Shown here one piece after another: positions 1 through 6,604 of a stretch of DNA of 64,000 nt; the first letter of the stretch is position 1, and the number at the start of each line of letters is the position of its first letter. The position numbers and the translations under genes are program-made. Where the stretch lies: positions 1 to 64,000 of the forward strand of contig JAUCBJ010001728.1 in the NCBI GenBank assembly GCA_032718475.1, given 5' to 3'. Source of the stretch: Nemertoderma westbladi. Lineage: Eukaryota > Animalia > Xenacoelomorpha. The notes beneath the pieces are model-generated. The model was not told the origin of the DNA. It made no database searches and saw nothing but the letters and a program-made list of their open reading frames with translations.

Positions 1-3000
1 TTAGTCGGTTAACCAAGCGATTAGCTAACCCTTTACCTATTTAGTCGGTTAACCAAGCGATTAGCTAACCCTTTACCTATTTAGTCGGTTACCCAAGCGA
101 TTAGCTAACCCTTTACCTATTTAGTCGGTTAACCAAGCGATTAGCTAACCCTTTACCTATTTAGTCGGTTAACCAAGCGATTAGCTAACCCTTTACCTAT
201 TTAGTCGGTTAACCAAGCGATTAGCTAACCCTTTACCTATTTAGTCGGTTAACCAAGCGATTAGCTAACCCTTTACCTATTTAGTCGGTTAACCAAGCGA
301 TTAGCTAACCCTTTACCTATTTAGTCGGTTAACCAAGCGATTAGCTAACCCTTTACCTATTTAGTCGGTTAACCAAGCGATTAGCTAACCCTTTACCTAT
401 TTAGTCGGTTAACCAAGCGATTAGCTAACCCTTTACCTATTTAGTCGGTTAACCAAGCGATTAGCTAACCCTTTACCTATTTAGTCGGTTAACCAAGCGA
501 TTAGCTAACCCTTTACCTATTTAGTCGGTTAACCAAGCGATTAGCTAACCCTTTACCTATTTAGTCGGTTAACCAAGCGATTAGCTAACCCTTTACCTAT
601 TTAGTCGGTTAACCAAGCGATTAGCTAACCCTTTACCTATTTAGTCGGTTAACCAAGCGATTAGCTAACCCTTTACCTATTTAGTCGGTTAACCAAGCGA
701 TTAGCTAACCCTTTACCTATTTAGTCGGTTAACCAAGCGATTAGCTAACCCTTTACCTATTTAGTCGGTTAACCAAGCGATTAGCTAACCCTTTACCTAT
801 TTAGTCGGTTAACCAAGCGATTAGCTAACCCTTTACCTATTTAGTCGGTTAACCAAGCGATTAGCTAACCCTTTACCTATTTAGTCGGTTAACCAAGCGA
901 TTAGCTAACCCTTTACCTATTTAGTCGGTTAACCAAGCGATTAGCTAACCCTTTACCTATTTAGTCGGTTAACCAAGCGATTAGCTAACCCTTTACCTAT
1001 TTAGTCGGTTAACCAAGCGATTAGCTAACCCTTTACCTATTTAGTCGGTTAACCAAGCGATTAGCTAACCCTTTACCTATTTAGTCGGTTAACCAAGCGA
1101 TTAGCTAACCCTTTACCTATTTAGTCGGTTAACCAAGCGATTAGCTAACCCTTTACCTATTTAGTCGGTTAACCAAGCGATTAGCTAACCCTTTACCTAT
1201 TTAGTCGGTTAACCAAGCGATTAGCTAACCCTTTACCTATTTAGTCGGTTAACCAAGCGATTAGCTAACCCTTTACCTATTTAGTCGGTTAACCAAGCGA
1301 TTAGCTAACCCTTTACCTATTTAGTCGGTTAACCAAGCGATTAGCTAACCCTTTACCTATTTAGTCGGTTAACCAAGCGATTAGCTAACCCTTTACCTAT
1401 TTAGTCGGTTAACCAAGCGATTAGCTAACCCTTTACCTATTTAGTCGGTTAACCAAGCGATTAGCTAACCCTTTACCTATTTAGTCGGTTAACCAAGCGA
1501 TTAGCTAACCCTTTACCTATTTAGTCGGTTAACCAAGCGATTAGCTAACCCTTTACCTATTTAGTCGGTTAACCAAGCGATTAGCTAACCCTTTACCTAT
1601 TTAGTCGGTTAACCAAGCGATTAGCTAACCCTTTACCTATTTAGTCGGTTAACCAAGCGATTAGCTAACCCTTTACCTATTTAGTCGGTTAACCAAGCGA
1701 TTAGCTAACCCTTTACCTATTTAGTCGGTTAACCAAGCGATTAGCTAACCCTTTACCTATTTAGTCGGTTAACCAAGCGATTAGCTAACCCTTTACCTAT
1801 TTAGTCGGTTAACCAAGCGATTAGCTAACCCTTTACCTATTTAGTCGGTTAACCAAGCGATTAGCTAACCCTTTACCTATTTAGTCGGTTAACCAAGCGA
1901 TTAGCTAACCCTTTACCTATTTAGTCGGTTAACCAAGCGATTAGCTAACCCTTTACCTATTTAGTCGGTTAACCAAGCGATTAGCTAACCCTTTACCTAT
2001 TTAGTCGGTTAACCAAGCGATTAGCTAACCCTTTACCTATTTAGTCGGTTAACCAAGCGATTAGCTAACCCTTTACCTATTTAGTCGGTTAACCAAGCGA
2101 TTAGCTAACCCTTTACCTATTTAGTCGGTTAACCAAGCGATTAGCTAACCCTTTACCTATTTAGTCGGTTAACCAAGCGATTAGCTAACCCTTTACCTAT
2201 TTAGTCGGTTAACCAAGCGATTAGCTAACCCTTTACCTATTTAGTCGGTTAACCAAGCGATTAGCTAACCCTTTACCTATTTAGTCGGTTAACCAAGCGA
2301 TTAGCTAACCCTTTACCTATTTAGTCGGTTAACCAAGCGATTAGCTAACCCTTTACCTATTTAGTCGGTTAACCAAGCGATTAGCTAACCCTTTACCTAT
2401 TTAGTCGGTTAACCAAGCGATTAGCTAACCCTTTACCTATTTAGTCGGTTAACCAAGCGATTAGCTAACCCTTTACCTATTTAGTCGGTTAACCAAGCGA
2501 TTAGCTAACCCTTTACCTATTTAGTCGGTTAACCAAGCGATTAGCTAACCCTTTACCTATTTAGTCGGTTAACCAAGCGATTAGCTAACCCTTTACCTAT
2601 TTAGTCGGTTAACCAAGCGATTAGCTAACCCTTTACCTATTTAGTCGGTTAACCAAGCGATTAGCTAACCCTTTACCTATTTAGTCGGTTAACCAAGCGA
2701 TTAGCTAACCCTTTACCTATTTAGTCGGTTAACCAAGCGATTAGCTAACCCTTTACCTATTTAGTCGGTTAACCAAGCGATTAGCTAACCCTTTACCTAT
2801 TTAGTCGGTTAACCAAGCGATTAGCTAACCCTTTACCTATTTAGTCGGTTAACCAAGCGATTAGCTAACCCTTTACCTATTTAGTCGGTTAACCAAGCGA
2901 TTAGCTAACCCTTTACCTATTTAGTCGGTTAACCAAGCGATTAGCTAACCCTTTACCTATTTAGTCGGTTAACCAAGCGATTAGCTAACCCTTTACCTAT

Positions 3001-3774
3001 TTAGTCGGTTAACCAAGCGATTAGCTAACCCTTTACCTATTTAGTCGGTTAACCAAGCGATTAGCTAACCCTTTACCTATTTAGTCGGTTAACCAAGCGA
3101 TTAGCTAACCCTTTACCTATTTAGTCGGTTAACCAAGCGATTAGCTAACCCTTTACCTATTTAGTCGGTTAACCAAGCGATTAGCTAACCCTTTACCTAT
3201 TTAGTCGGTTACACCCAAGCGATTAGCTAACCCTTTACCTATTTAGTCGGTTAACCAAGCGATTAGCTAACCCTTTACCTATTTAGTCGGTTAACCAAGC
3301 GATTAGCTAACCCTTTACCTATTTAGTCGGTTAACCAAGCGATTAGCTAACCCTTTACCTATTTAGTCGGTTAACCAAGCGATTAGCTAACCCTTTACCT
3401 ATTTAGTCGGTTAACCAAGCGATTAGCTATCCCTTTACCTATTTAGTCGGTTAACCAAGCGATTAGCTAACCCTTTACCTATTTAGTCGGTTAACCAAGC
3501 GATTAGCTAACCCTTTACCTATTTAGTCTGTTAATCAAGCGATTAGCTAACCCTTTACCTATTTAGTCGGTTAACCAAGCGATTAACTAACCCTTTACCT
3601 ATTTAGTCGGTTAACCAAGCGATTAGCTAACCCTTTACCTATTTAGTCGGTTAACCAAGCGATTAGCTAACCCTTTACCTATTTAGTCGGTTAACCAAGC
3701 GATTAGCTAACCCTTTACCTATTTAGTCGGTTAACCAAGCGATTAGCTAACCCTTTACCTATTTAGTCGGTTAA
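1..3774. repeat. 40-bp tandem repeat (satellite/minisatellite), unit TTAGTCGGTTAACCAAGCGATTAGCTAACCCTTTACCTAT, about 94 copies in window, truncated at left edge
   Basis: Direct inspection: exact 40-bp period. Copies are identical from ~121 to ~3210. Variants occur only near 92, 3211-3216 (net +1 nt), 3430, 3529/3535 and 3586. The last unit merges into the myosin exon at TTTAG|TCGGTTAA. Confidence 0.99.
3746..3766 (+). promoter_or_regulatory. 3' splice site of the myosin-I exon: branch point GCTAAC (branch A ~3750), pyrimidine tract CCCTTTACCTATTT, AG at 3765-3766
   Basis: Canonical branch point / polypyrimidine / YAG arrangement directly before the in-frame myosin codons TCG GTT AAT TCG GCG ATT CGC AAA (SVNSAIRK). 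The in-frame TAG at 3764-3766 closes the reading frame upstream, so the exon cannot extend further 5'. Confidence 0.85.
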
Positions 3775-4018
3775 TTCGGCGATTCGCAAAGACACCGACG
3801 ACCTTATCATCGGTGTTTTGGACATTTATGGGTTCGAAATATTTCAGAAGAACGGCTTCGAACAGTTCTGCATTAACTTTGTAAACGAAAAACTCCAGCA
3901 AATTTTTATTGAGTTGACTCTGAAGGCGGAACAAGAGGAATATGTTCAAGAAGGCATTAAATGGAAACCTATTGAATACTTTAATAACAAAGTTGTTTGT
4001 GACCTTATAGAAAACAAG
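3767..4018 (+). CDS. MYO1E: Internal coding exon (252 nt, 84 codons, phase 0-0) of an unconventional class I myosin, long-tailed MYO1E/MYO1F type; motor-domain switch II and relay helix
   Basis: Translates as [84 protein letters not shown]. This contains the myosin DIYGFE and [15 protein letters not shown] motifs and the class-I-specific [17 protein letters not shown] stretch, recalled as nearly identical to vertebrate MYO1E/F. Flanked by TTTAG| and AAG|GTGAGT. The symbol is best read as an MYO1E/F co-ortholog. Confidence 0.95.
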
Positions 4019-4024
4019 GTGAGT
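4016..4024 (+). promoter_or_regulatory. 5' splice donor AAG|GTGAGT
   Basis: Near-perfect U1 consensus. The reading frame hits TGA at 4025-4027 right after it, and myosin similarity ends here. Confidence 0.93.
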
Positions 4025-4187
4025 TGACATATGGAACACTTTAATCTATTCTAGACCACACCAACGGCATGTCATTGACACATAGTTAGTTTTCCAAGTT
4101 CCTTATATGGCTGTATTTAATGGCAGTGATTTTTTTTTATGTCCTTTTCTTTGACTTTTTTGTCCTTTTTTTTTACGAATTATGCAT

Positions 4188-4240
4188 AATGACTTTTGTT
4201 GTCCTTTTAATGACTTTTATTGTCCTTTTAATGACTTTTT
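4188..4240 (+). repeat. 21-bp subterminal tandem repeat (AATGACTTTTGTTGTCCTTTT) in left arm, about 2.5 copies
   Basis: Visible period of 21 nt. Mirrored at ~6162-6234 as the reverse complement with one more copy. Confidence 0.85.
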
Positions 4241-4480
4241 ATCTATGTATTTCTTCAAACTGTCAGACTGCTGATTTCTGGACAGTCAGACAGTTGATTT
4301 CACTATGCCTGTGCCAAAACATTCCATGATTCCATGATTTATAGACTATGAGATAGATTTCCATATGCGCCTGTGGTAAAAAGACTCTATATTTAATAGT
4401 TCGTGGTTGTTGTCGATAATCGATTACCACATGACGTAGCAAAACACTCATTTTATAGCCAAAAACAATTACCAATTGAT

Positions 4481-4925
4481 GGAAAGGAGCAGGTTAAGGC
4501 CGAGTTTTCTAACCAAAACAATAAACGATCACTTAACTAATTGAGGGAAAGGAGCAGGTTACAGAGGCGGGATTTTCTAACCAAAACAATAAACGATCAC
4601 TTAACTTATTGAGGGAAAGGAGCAGGTTACAGAGGCGGGATTTTCTAACCAATACAATAAACGATCATTTAACTAATTGAGGGAAAGGGACAGGTTACAG
4701 AGGCGGAATTTTCTAACCAAAACAATAAACGATCATTTAACTAATTGAGGGAAAGGGGCAGGTTACAGAGGCGGCATTTTCTAACCAAAACAATAAACGA
4801 TCATTTAACTAATTGAGGGAAAGGAGCAGGTTACAGAGACGGGAGTTTCTAACCAAAACAATAAACGATAACATTACCAATTGAGAGAAAGGAGCAGGTT
4901 ACAGCCCAGGCGTTGATTTCCTAAC
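4481..4925 (+). repeat. 68-bp tandem repeat in left arm of the foldback element, about 6.5 copies
   Basis: The AACCAA(A/T)AC anchor occurs at 4511, 4579, 4647, 4715, 4783 and 4851 (period 68). Unit approximately GGAAAGGAGCAGGTTACAGAGGCGGGATTTTCTAACCAAAACAATAAACGATCACTTAACTAATTGAG. Confidence 0.92.
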
Positions 4926-5246
4926 GCAATAATTTTTATTGTCCGTTTAAATCCTTTTTTTGTCCTTTTTTTTAATTTTTTATGTCCTCCAAAAATCTAA
5001 TGCCTTCCATGCTACCGGTTCCATGAATGGTTCCATGCTACCGGTTTCTCTACTGCTGTTCTCTCAGGCTATCAGTACCGGTATTAGTATATATAGCACT
5101 ATTTTGCTGTATTGTATGTACAGATGTAGGTATAAAGCAGGTATTTCTGTATTTTAGTACCGGTACCGGCACCGGTACTGCTGTGTAGGCCTACTGTGTA
5201 GCCTACCATTTAAATACGGTACTGGTAGGCCTAACGGCTGACCGGT

Positions 5247-5875
5247 TGTTTTGGTTAGAAAATTCCACCTCTGTAACCTGCTCATTTCCCCCGCCTCTGT
5301 AACCTGCTCCTTTCCCTCAATTAGTCAAGTGATCGTTTATTGTTTTGGTTAGGAAATCAACGCCTGGGCTGTAACCTGCTCCTTTCTCTCAATTGGTAAT
5401 GTTATCGTTTATTGTTTTGGTTAGAAAATACCGTCTCTGTAACCTGCTCCTTTCCCTGATTTGGTAAAGTGACTGTTTATTGTTTTGGTTAGAAAATCCC
5501 GCCTCTGTAACCTGCTCCTTTCCCTCAATTAGTTAAGTGATCGTTTATTGTTTTGGTTTGGAAATCCCGCCTCTGTAACCTGCTCCTTTCTCTCAATTGG
5601 TAATGTTATCGTTTATTGTTTTGGTTAGAAAATCCCGTCTCTGTAATCTGCTCCTTTCCCTGTTTTGGTAAAGTGACTGTTTATTGTTTTGGTTAGAAAA
5701 TCCTCCTCTGTAACCTGCTCCTTTCTCTCAATTGGTAATGTTATCGTTTATTGTTTTGGTTAGAAAATCCCGTCTCTGTAACCTGCTCCTTTCCCTGATT
5801 TGGTAAAGTGACTGTTTATTGTTTTGGTTAGAAAATCCGGCCTTAACCTGCTCCTTTCCTTCAATTGGTAATTGT
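5247..5875 (-). repeat. 68-bp tandem repeat in right arm of the foldback element (inverted), about 9 copies
   Basis: Reverse complement of the left-arm unit (TTGTTTTGGTTAGAAAATCCCGCCTCTGTAACCTGCTCCTTTCCC). Includes the inverted copy of the distinctive CAGCCCAGGCGTTGATTTCC variant at ~5352-5371. Confidence 0.92.
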
Positions 5876-6161
5876 TTTTGGCTATAAAATGAGTGTTTTG
5901 CTACGACATGTGGTAATCGATTATCGACAACAACCACAAACTATTAAATTTAGAGTCTTTTACAACAGGCGCATATGGAATTCTATCTCATAGTCTATAA
6001 ATCATGGAATCATGGAATGTTTTGGCACAGGCATAGTGAAACCAACTGTCCGACAGAACAGAAATCAACAAATTTTGAATGTTTTGGCATAGGCATGTTA
6101 AAATCAACTGTCTGACAGTCCAGAAATCAGCAGTCTGACAGTTTGAAGAAATACATACATA

Positions 6162-6234
6162 AAAAGTCATTAAAAGGACAACAAAAGTCATTAAAAGGAC
6201 AACAAAAGTCATTAAAAGGACAACAAAAGTCATT
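6162..6234 (-). repeat. 21-bp subterminal tandem repeat in right arm (AAAAGTCATTAAAAGGACAAC), about 3.5 copies
   Basis: Direct inspection; inverted counterpart of 4188-4240. Confidence 0.85.
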
Positions 6235-6360
6235 ATGCACAATTCGTAAAAAAAGGAGGACAAAAAAAGTCAAATAAAAGGACATAAAAAATCACTGCCT
6301 TTATTAAATTACAAAGTGACTCAGAATCTGCTGAATGCGGTTTGCTTGCTTAGATTCTTG

Positions 6361-6383
6361 CCCCCCACCCCCCCCCCCCCCCC
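6361..6383. repeat. Poly-C tract (C6-A-C16); G-run on the minus strand
   Basis: CCCCCCACCCCCCCCCCCCCCCC seen directly. Confidence 0.9.
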
Positions 6384-6604
6384 ACACTCATCCTTTCCAA
6401 TCCCCCTGCCACCAACTGCTGTAGCTGAACAATACTAACACTGCAATCGTTCTGCTGTTGTCATAGTATAGCCCACATTAGCATCATAATATACGTTCAA
6501 TTTGAGATACCATAAAGAAATAACTATATACGTTGGTGTTCACTTTATAGCACGGCATGCCGTTGCGGCACGAGTGATATTATCGTTTAATAACAAAACG
6601 AACT

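Larger units (their letters stand above)
4122..6299. mobile_element. Non-autonomous foldback-type DNA transposon (MULE/FB-like) with long modular terminal inverted repeats
   Basis: Left end GGCAGTGATTTTTTTTTATGTCCTTTT is the reverse complement of right end AAAAGGACATAAAAAATCACTGCC. The arms (~4122-4925 and ~5247-6299) are colinear inverted copies with internal 21-bp and 68-bp tandem repeats. Flanks TGTATTTAAT (4112-4121) and TTTATTAAAT (6300-6309) match at 8/10, a possible decayed 10-bp TSD. No transposase ORF. The superfamily assignment is an inference. Confidence 0.85.

Noticed and set aside
1-3766. Canonical recursive-splicing (AG|GT ratchet) sites in the 40-bp unit
   Set aside because: The acceptor AG is followed by TCG, not GT. 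The nearby GTTAAC is a poor donor, so no canonical ratchet point is supported.
1-3774. Telomeric or subtelomeric repeat (contains CTAACCCT)
   Set aside because: Only one telomere-like hexamer occurs per 40-bp unit, and it is explained as branch point plus pyrimidine tract. The array abuts an internal exon, so upstream exons must lie further left.
3755-4039. 94-aa minus-strand ORF
   Set aside because: Antisense shadow of the myosin exon.
5045-5146. Possible next exon (acceptor TTCTCTCAG at 5067, donor-like GCAG|GTATTT at 5140)
   Set aside because: The translation shows no myosin similarity and it lies within the transposon spacer; at most a cryptic site.
4120-6263. Short ORFs inside the inverted-repeat element (4120-4329, 4263-4475, 4960-5157, 5728-5937, 5988-6263)
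   Set aside because: Low-complexity translations of the TIR modules, mirrored on both arms, with no transposase motifs.
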